Shown here in pieces: positions 51,413-64,000 of a stretch of 64,000 bases of DNA (position 1 is its first letter; each line of letters opens with the position of its first letter). Source of the stretch: Octopus vulgaris (Eukaryota); assembly GCA_951406725.2 (NCBI GenBank), contig OX597826.1, forward strand, positions 39,680,001 to 39,744,000, given 5' to 3'. The notes under the pieces were generated by a model. It made no database searches. It worked only from the letters and a program-made list of their open reading frames with translations, and was not told the origin of the DNA. Position numbers and translations under genes: made by a program.

Positions 51413-51528
51413 CTTGCTTTATAAATGACCTGACCTTTGTCATAAACATGGAGCATTTTATTTTGAACTGTGACGTCATGGAAGTAGGAATACTTCTCGT
51501 TTGGGAAATACAAATCTGGAACCCATAT
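51413..51528 (-). CDS. Internal exon of a Cys-loop ligand-gated ion channel subunit (GlyR/GluCl-like, loop A to loop E)
   Basis: Acceptor TTTCTTTCTTTCATATCATTCTAAAG| and donor AG|GTAAGA. The 116 bp encode IWVPDLYFPNEKYSYFHDVTVQNKMLHVYDKGQVIYKA(R), ungapped against GlyR alpha1 I93-R131. The phase-2 intron in the Arg codon matches a conserved Cys-loop intron position. Confidence 0.92.
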
Positions 51529-51767
51529 CTTTAGAATGATATGAAAGAAAGAAAGTATTTATAAAGTATATAATGTGGAGGATATATTTCTCGTCTGTTT
51601 AAATGTGTGTTTTTGTTTCTGATAAATTAGTATAGGAAACTAATGAGATCGATACTTACATATAAATCAAACTGGTATGCAACAAATTTCTGTCACAGCA
51701 AGAGAGAAATGTTTTGAGATTTAGAAAATGGTATATCTTGCAATACCTAGATTTATATGTAGAAACA

Positions 51768-51831
<64 letters not shown>

Positions 51832-52130
51832 CACACACGCACACACACACACAACTCACACTCTTGGTATACCACATATCGCTAGCATATCTAAGACTAC
51901 ATTTCAAAGTTTGACTATTTTCTTTCTTATTGGAAAATATTTCGACCCTCAAGAGCTGACACTCTTCAAGACTACAGTGGTCTCACACTGGAGGACTGCT
52001 TCAAGTGGTGAAACGCTTCTGATCCTGATTCACTTGATTATGATACGGAAAGTTTTCCAACATTGCGATTGATTTAGAAGACATTTCCGATCTTCTGAAT
52101 AGCCCCTGCAGTTTTCACATGAGGTAAGTA

Positions 52131-52216
<86 letters not shown>

Positions 52217-53351
52217 TCTCTCTTACTCTCTCTCTTGCTCTCTTTCTCTCCTTGTCTCTCTCGCTCTATCTCTCACACATGCTCACACACACACACACGA
52301 CACACACGCACGCACACATAGCTTACTTTTCCGTTACTGGAGGGATAAACAAAATAACTCCATCTAGTGAGATTTTTATCATATAATATACATAAGGTTT
52401 AGATGCGAGCTACTATCATTTGATGCCTCAGATAACACAATAGTTGTACGAACTTGTAGAGCGAGCCGTGTATTAAGAGGCAGTCATTCAGACGCAAAAT
52501 GCATCATAGCTGCTCTCTAGAAAAAAGCAAGAAGGATGAGAACGAGAAAGTGTACGAAGAAAGGGTACGAGAAAAGAAAGATGAAGGGATGGGAGATAAC
52601 ACTTGTGTCCCTTTGGCCAGTTATAATGAGAATTAATACTGATTGGTGTAGTTAATTTGAGAGAGCTAAATCTATATAAGTGGTGTTTTACAGTTCGATC
52701 ACAGCAACCTATCAAGATGCTTACATGTAGTGAAAATTTCTGATCTGGTTTCGGTAGGTCGGTGGAGTGATTAGATATAAAGGATGAGGTCTTTAGGCTA
52801 TGTATATAACCTGGACCTCCTTATCATCTTAACATAAGGTGTGCATTCTTGAGCGACGCTCCGCTTGTTGGTTTGTGGTGGATGTAAAATCTAAGAATCT
52901 CACTGACCTACTAAATTCGAGAACCGAAATTTTCACGAAATGTAAGTGCCTGGATTAAGCATACAGTTTCACAACCTTTCAAGCATTTCCTTAAATAGAA
53001 GTAATGTTGTATTTTAAGCATCTAAATCTGGTGATCCTGTGGATAACAAGTGATGTATAGAATACTAAGCAGTAAGAGTGAGTGTTTAACATCGTACATG
53101 GAATAATTACCGTTATTTCCTGTATCAAAAGTGCCACTAAAAGTTTAATAATGTAAGAACTTCTGCGATTTTTCAAGCGATCCATTTTCTTATTCGCTCC
53201 CTTCTACAAATGTAAAATTGAATGAGATTAAAGGGGATTTCTAAATTAATAGATACTCAAATCATGAAAGAAAACTTTAGGAGAGTTCTTTAATAGTTAT
53301 TTCTTGCGTTCAACTCATAGTAATTGCATTATACGAAAAGATTCTCGCATA

Positions 53352-53392
<41 letters not shown>

Positions 53393-53439
53393 TATAATTC
53401 TAGCACTTCTTGGGAATACATACATATTATGCATATCGT

Positions 53440-55230
53440 GCATATAACCAAAAACATATTTTAAATTTATGCTAATTGAATTGATAAGCTGTAACAGAAG
53501 GTCATGCTTGAATTTTGAGTTTAGATTGTTGTTTATGTAATCAAGGGTAGAATGTCTTTTTCCTTCAGTTGTTATGTTTGATTTTCCTACGATACAGAAG
53601 CCGCATGTGGTGCCTCATCCCTTATATTTGCAGGCCTTAGCTCTGATTCTTCAGTGTATAGGAAGGGTGTTCAGGCCTCTGTCTTTAACGTTCCACATTA
53701 TGTTAAAGATGCTGCATGTATTTTGTTCTTATCTCGAAATCAAGCAAAGTGTTGCACATATCTTTTCGTGATGGCGTTTCCAATCATTTCTTGGTAAGTT
53801 TTTATAGTCCTACTCATGCCAGTGATGCAAGCCAATTCCATTTGTAGGTACATATTGCTCAGAGGACGGTTACCAGGGAATTTATAATTACCAGAACTCT
53901 AAGGGTTGTTCCTAATGTTATTTTTTCTAATTGTTATTGAAGATCAACGATCCTATATTGATGTGAAACGATAGTTAAATTTAGTCGTGATTCTGTTAAA
54001 GATCTTGTGATAGTCATGTGAGAGTAAATGTCTGTAAGTTAGAGAAATCGTCTAGATATATCTGTAGTCATTTTGACGTTATATAAGTTTGGTTCGATAT
54101 AGGTTATATTAGTGTAGAAATTGATCTTTCTATATGGCATTGTAACATGGGGATGCCTCTTTGAAAGTTGTTTCATCAGAGGATAGGTTGAAAACACGCC
54201 TACTAATGCTATTAATTATTGTCTCATTATTCATGGTAGATGTTAAAGCCCCTCACAATGTAGGTGCTGTCCTTATTTGGTGTATGGAAATTTTCCTATT
54301 TTCCAATACAATGATTCATGTTATGTCTACGGAACTAACATCTTAATATTAAAGCTGAATTGACTAAGTATTTTGCGTATATTTTCTTATCTTATCCATA
54401 TCTTGCCATTCTTATGTAATATTTCTAGGCCGTCCTCTCCATATAACTCTATGCTGGGTTCTTATATTTCATTAAAGATATGTAGTATGTAGATGCCAAC
54501 GAGATCTGCCACTTCTGCTCCATCGTGGTTATATATGGCAACATCAGATAGTTTATCTCCATTCTTTTCACTTAATAAGTCTTATCGCAACTATTCCCTT
54601 GTGTCCATTATAATGGTTATATCGGTATTAGTAAGAACTGTATATGCTTTACAAAACTTCAATTATTTTGGAGGAGAATTTTGGAGATAAAGTGTAAAAC
54701 CCTATGATGCCGATCTGAAAGAATTTGCAATTTAACTCATCTTTAATTTTCCTGAGCCATTCAATGACTTCACTGCTACATATATATATATATACTTAGA
54801 TGAACGTAGAGAAGGCTTTGATGTGTTGCATAATGTTATCTACAATAGGTTTGCTGGTTATACCTATCTCCCTATTTGTGGGATTATTACTACTGATGGT
54901 TTGGCGAGAATTTATCTTTATGGCCCCTCAGGGATCCGAAAGGTTTCAGTGGGGTGAGTCGTTCTACTCTATCTTCGATTTTAAATTTCATAGCTAGGGT
55001 TTTGCCTCATCATTGATTAAATTAGAAGTCGTCGACTATTTCATATGCTGTTTGTTATATTACTGATTAGCAATTCCTTATCAGCGCGGTTATGTACGTC
55101 AGTGACATTTGCTTTTGTTTTATCTGCCTGGGGAATTCTTAAAAGGGATGCATGTAATTCACGTTGGTTGGTATTGGATTTGTGGTTGAATCCAGTAATT
55201 TTAAATAATGCGTCACTCGTTGTATACATT
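53440..55230 (-). mobile_element. Degenerate Penelope-like (Naiad-like) retroelement, RT + GIY-YIG
   Basis: PQADKTK, HKDKF, VIEWLRKIKD...FFQIGIIGFY, DGAEVADLVGIYIL...LYGEDGL (cf. GLYRDDGL), HKIFNR, then a GIY-YIG-like C-terminus. Many stops. Confidence 0.8.
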
Positions 55231-55262
55231 AGTATGCATACATGCATATATACACACATACG

Positions 55263-55295
<33 letters not shown>

Positions 55296-56058
55296 ACACA
55301 CACGAGCGCACACGCACACAGGTATATACGAATGTTTTGCTTAATGCAATTGATATATGTTGAACGCAAATTCTTGCAAAGAGCCAAGTCTAATGCAAGG
55401 AAAATAAAGATTAAAGTTCCTAAAATATTTTCTCTCTACATCTGTGTATCTATCAATTTTGAAATCCTCTACAATCGCGTGTATAATCACATAATCACAT
55501 CCAAATTCACAATATTTTAAAGTGGATCGCTTGAAATATTGTGGAACTCTTTTGATATGAAAGCACTGGAGGCACCGTTAATCCACAAACAAAGCATTAT
55601 GCGCGTGTGTGTTTGTTATCAGTTTTATTTGTTCCCTCTCAAGTCGATGTCTATGTTTATCTTGATGGATTTGATTGTTTTCATATAAGGTATCTAAATA
55701 TTTCTTTAACACTTAAGGACACAAAGGAAAGGAGAAAGCTGAATTAACACACTTGTTGAGTCCCGAAGGAAATATGCAAGTGATACTTTGCTCCTATATA
55801 TAAGAAACTGTAAAACCAACTGAGGTTTATGATGTCATGCCAAAGTCACTAATGTTACATTAACCGGTTCTACCTAGTTATAATCTGGTTGTTATAGTTG
55901 ACATAGTTTCATCTAATCCAGATCAATCAAGCCCAGAGCGAGTTATGAGTGGCCGATCGAAGAGACGCAACTCACAGATCTATATTCACAGTTGTATTAT
56001 GTTTCCACCGAGCTGAAGACCAAATAAGTAATCCGTCATATGGTGATGAGCCATATAT

Positions 56059-56287
56059 ATTTCTTTACTACCCACAAGGGGCTAAACATAGAGGAGACAA
56101 ACAAGGACAGACAAAGAGATTAAGTCGATTACGTCGACCCCAGTGCGAAACTAGTACTTTATTTATCGACCCCGAAAGGATGAAAGGGAAAGTCGACCTC
56201 GACGGAATTTGAACTCAGAACGTAACGACAGACAAAATACCGCTAAGCATTTCGCCCGGCGCGCTAACGTTTCTGCCAGCTCGCCAG
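56059..56287 (-). mobile_element. SINE family D with tail X
   Basis: Head, core and the TTTAGCCCCTTGTGGGTAGTAAAGAAA tail. Confidence 0.85.
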
Positions 56288-56889
56288 AGTGCAGTGTGAC
56301 ACTCTGTACATACTGCACTACAAGAGGAGGGGAGGGTGAACTTAGTTAACGCACGGTAGAAAACCTTGATCTGCTCTTATTGATGATGGTGTGCTTCCCA
56401 ATAAAACGTGTAGAGTTAAAAAATGAGGCTCTTTCTGTTTCTGAATTTGAGTCCTTTTGTGTTTTTCCTGTTTGAGTGGGAGATTAGTGTTTTCAGGAAT
56501 AATGTTGTAGATGAGTTATTATAGAACACATCCATACCCACACATGTCACACACATGCACAAATATGTGTGTGAGTTTGAGTGTGTCTGTTTGTGCAACC
56601 TGATGATACGTTGGGCTTCATTTAGTGTCGTTTCTGATGGAAAGATTGGTGGTGGAGGAGGAAAAAATTGACATAGGAAGAGGGATGTTATCTATTATAA
56701 GGGATGTTATCTATTATAATATAAGAAGAACCATATTATCATACGGCATAAGTGTAATAAATGTGTTTCGAATTTAGCCAAAACACCAACAGTTCTGAGG
56801 GTAGGGTTTAGTCGATTCCATCGACTACAACACCTGTCAAGTACTTTATTTTCGAGGAATAAAAGCAAACGTGATTCTAGAGGGATTAT

Positions 56890-56945
<56 letters not shown>

Positions 56946-57015
56946 TAGAAGAAGTAGAAGAAGAAGAAGAAGAAGAAGAGAAGAAGAAGAAGAAGAAGAA
57001 GAAGAAGAAGAAGAA

Positions 57016-57047
<32 letters not shown>

Positions 57048-57062
57048 AGAGGAAGAAGAAGA

Positions 57063-57134
<72 letters not shown>

Positions 57135-57160
57135 GAAGAAGAAGAAGAAGAAGAAGAGAG
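56890..57160. repeat. Compound (TAA)n-(GAA)n microsatellite, two cycles
   Basis: Directly visible; explains ORFs 56707..57306 and 56886..57185. Confidence 0.95.
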
Positions 57161-58340
57161 AAAAGTTCATAGGAATTACTGCCATATATGCAATCAGGTT
57201 GATGAAATAGATTTCCTTGATTATAATGTATATCTTTAAATATTAAATTCAAGTTCGTTAAATTACCTTTGATGGAAATTAATACTTCTGTGGTCATCAT
57301 ATGCAAAAGTGATTAGGTGTAGTGAGGATTAAAAGTAAATCGTTAAGAATTATATAGTAATATGCTTTGAAGTAATTTTAATATTTTATAGTTATACATG
57401 TTAACTCTAGTGTACTATGTAAAGAATTTATATGCTGAATTATCCGTTAAGTGAATTGAATATTTAACGTTTCAACTATGAGGGCGACAGTTATAGAAGG
57501 AAAGAAGGGCAATATTCAATTTAAATGATACAAAGATTGACTTGTATTTCTGTATAATAGGATGTGTAGCTTCATGAATCATGGATGATAATGTGAAATT
57601 GGGAAACTAATGCTTTGCGTTTACAAAACAGAGGTGATTTTATTTGAATGAATGTATACAAACGTACAGAAAAGCACACACATACATAAATGTATACAAA
57701 CGTAAACGTATGCGTGTGTGACTGACTACAAATTTATAGAGCTGAACACGGCGCGCAAAAAGCAATTAAATAAGATATATTTACGGAAATTAACGAAGTG
57801 TGCGGGTTCAAGCGAAAGAACGCGTATGTATGTTTGTATATATGAGCCTCAGAGTTATACAGCTATTTTGTTTAATAGTCTTCATTCAAAAATATTTTAT
57901 TTACTTTACGTATATAGAAGACATTGTGGGTTTGGAAATAGCGAACTAAAACTTTAAATGAAAATATTACGTATATAGAATAAACTATGGGTTTTGCAAG
58001 TAGCGAAAACATTGAAATAAATATATATTAAATTATCATTAATGAAAATAAAGGCGAGAGAGTGTGAGAGTGTGTGGCAAATAAAAATGGAAAATTTCAC
58101 CTGCAACGAATTAATATTGTTTATCACATTAAAATCCACTCCGCAATGAATACAATGAATATTTAAATTTGGGAAAAAAACTTGTTTAAATATTCAATAA
58201 ACTTCAGAAATCGAAATTGCAGGAAATTTCTTGGAACACGAACTTATGAAAAAAATTCCAGACTGCTTTCCTTTAGTAACTCTCACATGCCTAACAAATA
58301 AGCAGCTTTCTCCATTATAATATGGATATATGTACATGTA

Positions 58341-58428
<88 letters not shown>

Positions 58429-58712
58429 TGTGTGGGTGTGTGTGTACGTGCGTGTAGGAATATATAATGTCAGCACTTACAATTGGGTTTATTCCAAACA
58501 GTCTAATCATTGTTACAATATTTTTTATTGTGAGCGACTCTATGTCATATTATGTTATAGTACACGTGTACATCGCTAGTTATTTTACGAACGGTATAAA
58601 TGATGTTCCATTTTATCGAAATGTGGTTTATACATTCAGAAAAAAATGTTACACAAATTGGAAAGAAAATATATTTTATTCATATACATTTGTATAGTAC
58701 ATTATTATAATT

Positions 58713-58926
58713 AAGGCGGTGAGGAAGCAGAATCGTTAGCACACAGAGCAAAATGCTTAGTGGTATTTCTCCCGTCTTTACATTCTGAATTCAAATTCAG
58801 CCGAGGTCGACTTTGTCTTTTATCCTTTCGGGGTCGATAAATTAAGTATCAGTTGCGTACTGGGGACGATCTAATCGACTGGCCCCTTCCCCTCAATTTC
58901 CATGCCTTGTCCCTATTGTAGAAAGG
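58713..58926 (+). mobile_element. SINE family D with tail Y running into (ATT)n
   Basis: Head and core match 43969-44366. Confidence 0.85.
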
Positions 58927-58958
58927 ATTATTATTATTGTTATTATTATTATCATCAA

Positions 58959-59009
<51 letters not shown>

Positions 59010-59010
59010 C

Positions 59011-59047
<37 letters not shown>

Positions 59048-59065
59048 TCATTATTATTATTACTA

Positions 59066-59460
59066 TTCCGTAGTCTTATTTTTATAACGCCCTTTCACTG
59101 CACTACAGAGCACAGCTCTGTGTGCCCTGGGTATGAGCTGTGGTTTGCTGTGATGCTCTTATGGTTACTGTATTGAAAGTGTTTTACGTAGGATGTGTGC
59201 AATGCCTAGTAGTGCTATTTTCTGTATGTTATATATATTTGTTTGTCCTGTTGTTTTATGTTATGTATTTCTCTGAATATTTGTTTTCATACCTAGTGCG
59301 CCCACTATGACAGGAATTGTTTCTGTTTTTAGACTCCACATTAGAATTACCTCTATTTCCAGATCTTTGTATTTTGAAAGTTTCTCCATTTCTTTTAGAG
59401 AAGCGTTGTCATCCGTTGGTATTGATACATCAATTAGGAAGCATTTTTTCTTCATGAACT
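59066..59460 (-). mobile_element. Dong/R4-clade LINE 3' end inside a (TAA)n microsatellite
   Basis: RLE KKKCFLIDVSIPTDDNASLKEMEKLSKYKDLEIEV...IPVIVGALG, with (TAA)n on both sides. Confidence 0.88.
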
Positions 59461-59479
59461 CTGATTATTATCATCATCA

Positions 59480-59538
<59 letters not shown>

Positions 59539-59897
59539 ATTATTACTATTGTTGTTATTATTATTATACTGGAAACCTAACAGAATTGTCGTGGCACTGG
59601 ATAAAGTGTTTGGTAGCATTTCGTCCAACTTTACCTTGTGGGTTTGAATTTTGCCGTTATCGACTTTGCCTTTCATCATCTCGGAAGTTATAAAGTGTAC
59701 CACTCGATCAGTGGCGTCAGTGTAATCGATTTCACGCATCCCTTAAAATTGATAGCGTTGTGGCAAAATTTGAAACCAGCGTAGGTGTGGTGGTGTAGTC
59801 AGAAATTTGCTTCCCAACCACATAGTTCTGCATTCGGTTCCACTGCGTGTCACGTAGGACAATTGTCTTCTACAAACGTCTTGGGCTTATTATATAT

Positions 59898-59977
<80 letters not shown>

Positions 59978-61469
59978 ATATGAGGGATTTAGTTCACTGA
60001 TGATCTGAACCAATAGGTACGCTGCGTAAGTGCTATAATTAGTCATCCGTTGGGTTCCAAGTTCACAGGTGTCTGGAGCTAGGGATCTGTAGTAGGCTTT
60101 CGAGTCGACAGGTACATATTACAGGAAAATAAAAATAAAACGAAGTCAGGAAGAGTGCCACTTAGAATAGTTTTAGTATATTTACGTAGAGTAAGGTGAA
60201 TAAAAAATGGAGAAGTAAAAGTAATTAATGTCTTACAGATGTTTCTATGATGTCTCAGATAATGGGACATCATCATTCTTTGGGATTCTGTAATCAGAGA
60301 CAAGGTGTGTAAGCATGTTCCAGACAGAGAATTTACTGTATATAAAAGTATAAACATAAGATAGAAATATAAAACAAGAGAATAAAGTTCACAATATATC
60401 TTGTTTCAGAGAGTGTGGAGGTTAGTCTGTATATCCGTAAAGGTATAGCCCCTTAAAAACAATCCCAGGTAAGCCCAGGTAGTATTTTGAATGTTGCCTT
60501 CCGATCGAAGGAAATAAATCAAGTGGTTAGCTTGTAAGAAAAGAAAAATGGTCCCTATGGGTGTATTGTGTGAAAGACATCATGATAGATAGATTAGTGA
60601 GAAAGGGTGGATGTTGTGAGTGAGTCAATTGAAGAGAGGAAAGAAAGGAAGAGGATAAACGCGAGAACGAAAGTAAAATAAAGATAAAGATAAAAGGTAA
60701 GAGGCCGATATCATTCTTCGTCAGGGTAGATTCGGGGTGAAAGGTCAGGGGTTAAGATTTTGGTAAAGCGGAGTAGGAAGACATTTATGGCTATAAAAGG
60801 GTAATTAAATAGATAAATGAATGCTAGTTTCAGAAAGAATATTTAGCTTTAGATCAGTGTTCAGTAAAGAGAGCTAAAGTGCTAGATATAGATGCCTAAC
60901 TTAAGGGAGTATATTCAGAATTAAAAGTTAAAAATCAAGATAAAAATTTAACAATCAAAAAGATTATTGCATCTAGCGAACTTCTAAGATACTTATGTTA
61001 AAGAAATAAGTATTAATAGATGAAGGAAAAACATACGTATATTGCAACTAATGTAGATAAGCAAGTGTCATGCGTGTTGATTTTGCTTGCAAATGCGATA
61101 GTTGGACCCGGGGAAGAACCTAAAGGTACGATAAAACATATACCTTCATGAAAAAAAATGCTTCATGTCGTCCATTAAGTAATTGTGATGAATCATGAAC
61201 TAATGTTTGGAGGGCTTCCTTAAGGCAGAATCCACACGCAGAGCGCTGGCCTTGGTATGGGCAACCAAAATCTATTATGGCCCAGGTTATCCTATATAGT
61301 ATTTTTCTTACTTATCAGATGGTTTATGCTGTTGGCTAGGGACATACTTCTCCATTTTTAATTCACCTTACTCTATATTGAAAATATTCTAAATGACCAG
61401 AGATACTCGTCCTGACTCGGCTTTCTTTTCCTTTTCCTTATATATACATACATATATTTTTATATATAC

Positions 61470-61526
<57 letters not shown>

Positions 61527-61805
61527 TTATCTTGACTATCGAGTAATGTAACATATTATTTTATAGATAAATTTCCTCTATTTACATAATATTGAGGTCT
61601 CTTTCTTTCTTTTGTTATCTTACCGTTTTACCAATATATATATATGTGTGTGTGTATATATGTGTGTGTGTGTATATGCGTGTGTGTGTTTGTGTGTGTA
61701 TATATATATATATACTTGTGTGTATGTAGTATATATGTATGAATACATACATACATATATATCTATATAATTCAGTTGTCACTAATTCTGCCTAAGATGC
61801 AGAAT

Positions 61806-62304
61806 ATTGCTAGAAATAAGAGTTAAAGATCTTTAGCGCTAGAAGCAAGCACATTTTTATATACTAACAAGGGAGATATATTTCTTTATTGCCCACAGGG
61901 GGCTCTCTTCTCTAGTGACTAATACATCGCTGGATGGTCTGGCTAAATCTTGACTGACAGTGTATATATTTATTATATGGCTGATTCAGCAAAATGCTAG
62001 TTGAAAAATTATAAAATAATGAAGGCAGCTATTCGCAATATAAAGCCAAAATTGTAAGTGAAGACGCAGGGTGAAACCTATACTGCTAGAAATAAGAGTT
62101 TAAAAACTCTTAGAGCCGCAAGAAAGCAAGTGTTCTTATACTACAGTGAGATCAATATATTCGTCTATTTTAGTAGTGACTATTCCATCGCTAAATACTG
62201 AATGTCAGTATATATATTTACAATTATGAATTTGTGACTGAATCAGCAAAATGCTACTTGACAATTATAAAATAAGGAAGGCAGCTATATTCAATATAAA
62301 ACCA
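61806..62304. repeat. Diverged tandem duplication (~220-240-bp copies)
   Basis: TGCTAGAAATAAGAGTT...TCAGCAAAATGCTA...AATTATAAAATAA.GAAGGCAGCTAT occurs at about 61806-62048 and 62081-62304. Confidence 0.75.
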
Positions 62305-62316
62305 TGGCATTAGATA

Positions 62317-63060
62317 TAACCCGTAAGTAGATATAGATGTGTAAACGCTCTCGCTCAAGTTGTTTGGCGCACGTATACACGTTCGTTCAAACTTTCACAA
62401 GGACATATGCATACGCACACTCATGGTTTTGCACATATAAGCTCAACCAGCAAATTAAATAAATACTAATAAAGTTAGTGCAGACAAATGGCTAGTGATA
62501 CGACTCCGTGTGGCAAAGAGTCAGTTTCTGTGGTAGGATTCACTAGGCATGGCCGATTTACTTGTAGCGTCATGAATATGGCCATTGTATACCAATTAAT
62601 GTGAGATTAATACCAACTTCAGCCTGTCAATAAATATCGTTCACCATGAGATGAAAATGCAAAATACCTACGCTTATCCACACAGGTGGTCCTATCACTG
62701 GCATTAATACTTTCTGCTGACTATCGATTATTTCATTAGCCGTTCATACAAAAAAATACACATCTACTATGTCTGTATCTATATACATACTCATGACTAA
62801 ACTAGTGCTGTAAGTATATCGGCCAGACCTAGTGAGCCCCACCACAGAATCTGTGACTCTTCACCAAGCGGAGTCATATCACCAGCCACCTTTTCGGCAT
62901 TGATGTTATTGATATCTATTTAATTCGCTGTGCGAGCGTATTTGCGCCAAACCACGCCTGTGCGTATGCTTCTATCTTTGTGAAAATTTGTACGAACGAC
63001 CGTACGTGCGCCAAAGAACGTAAGCGAGAGCGTTTGTACATCCGTATATACTAATGGTTA
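62317..63060. mobile_element. Foldback MITE with ~260-bp imperfect TIRs
   Basis: 62317-62580 matches the reverse complement of 62785-63060 (e.g. AAACGCTCTCGCT, TTTGGCGCACGTA, GCATACGCACA, GACTCCG, CACTAGG). Confidence 0.8.
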
Positions 63061-63340
63061 TATATCTAATAATTTTTTTCGCAGTATTGTGTATTTGTTT
63101 CTTTTTGCATCTGGTATTTGTTATTAGTAATCTTCTATAAGAATGAAGCTGTATCCCTTAGTTTGCTGCTTTTATAGACACATAACAGGAAGAAATCTAG
63201 CGAAACAGACGTTACTTTAAGGATACACATCTTGTAATCACCTGGTTAATCAGATAGTTGTACTGGTTTTCTCTATGGTTTTCTCCATTTTTTAATTATT
63301 TACACACACATATATATATATATATACATATATGCATGCA

Positions 63341-63414
<74 letters not shown>

Positions 63415-63417
<3 letters not shown>

Positions 63418-63607
63418 AGAGTTTACGAAAAAAACAAAAGACGAAGACAGGTGGTGTACAAAACAAACAGATGTATTAGTATAACGCTCAGGAATAGTAA
63501 AAGTCTTTTACATTTCGAGCCTACGCTCTTCCACAGAAAGGTACACTGAAAAAACAAGGACAGAAAAATATGTGTGTAGTGGCTAACGATCTATCATGGC
63601 GTCTGTG

Positions 63608-63610
<3 letters not shown>
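63415..63610 (-). mobile_element. Related pLTR-like element with a variant hammerhead core, between (TA)n runs
   Basis: Minus strand CTTT-CTGTGGA-AGAGCGTAGGCTC-GAAATGTA-AAAG. A similar decayed copy lies at about 20190-20330. Confidence 0.55.
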
Positions 63611-63643
<33 letters not shown>

Positions 63644-64000
63644 CACACATACAATACACACTAACACACAAACATATCCGCAATTCATACAACCGAAAAC
63701 ACACTCTAAAGCATTAGAATAGTAATATATATTCTAGGAAGTTAGAAGTTATGGTAACTCCATGACCGTCCTAATTTTTAACTTCCTAACACACACACAT
63801 ACACACACATGGTGCTTGTCCCCCACTACCTGTATTGGTTCTTCTATGTCCCCTTTAACTTAGCTGTTCGGTAAAATTGACCAACCAAGAGAGTAAGTAC
63901 CAGCCTTAGCAAAAGAAGCAGCAGGGTCGATTCATTGGACTAAAATTCTCCAAACGAGGGACCCTGTGTAGGCGCGCTCAAATGACTGAAACAAATAATA

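Overview
AT-rich, microsatellite-dense eukaryotic DNA. Its SINE repertoire looks like that of a coleoid cephalopod, most likely Octopus (inferred from recognised repeat families). Most ORFs in the supplied track are microsatellite or transposon artefacts. Only one convincing host-gene segment was found, and the ORF track missed it: a 116-bp minus-strand exon (51413-51528) of an anion-type Cys-loop ligand-gated ion channel (GlyR/GluCl-like), with Lys at the agonist-binding position equivalent to GlyR alpha1 Ser129. The rest appears intronic or intergenic and holds nested transposons: Gypsy, Tx1, R4/Dong and RTE retroelements, Penelope-like elements with hammerhead ribozymes, mariner, Tigger, Helitron-like elements, a foldback MITE, and several modular SINE families. 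The most notable signals are: (1) a TSD-flanked 477-bp bipartite RTE derivative whose 5' end may fold like an HDV-type ribozyme; (2) a Tx1 LINE, an ORF1-only element and a SINE that share a covarying 3' hairpin; (3) intact-looking hammerhead ribozymes; (4) microsatellite-associated R4/Dong copies. All family calls come from manual reading and translation, not database searches.
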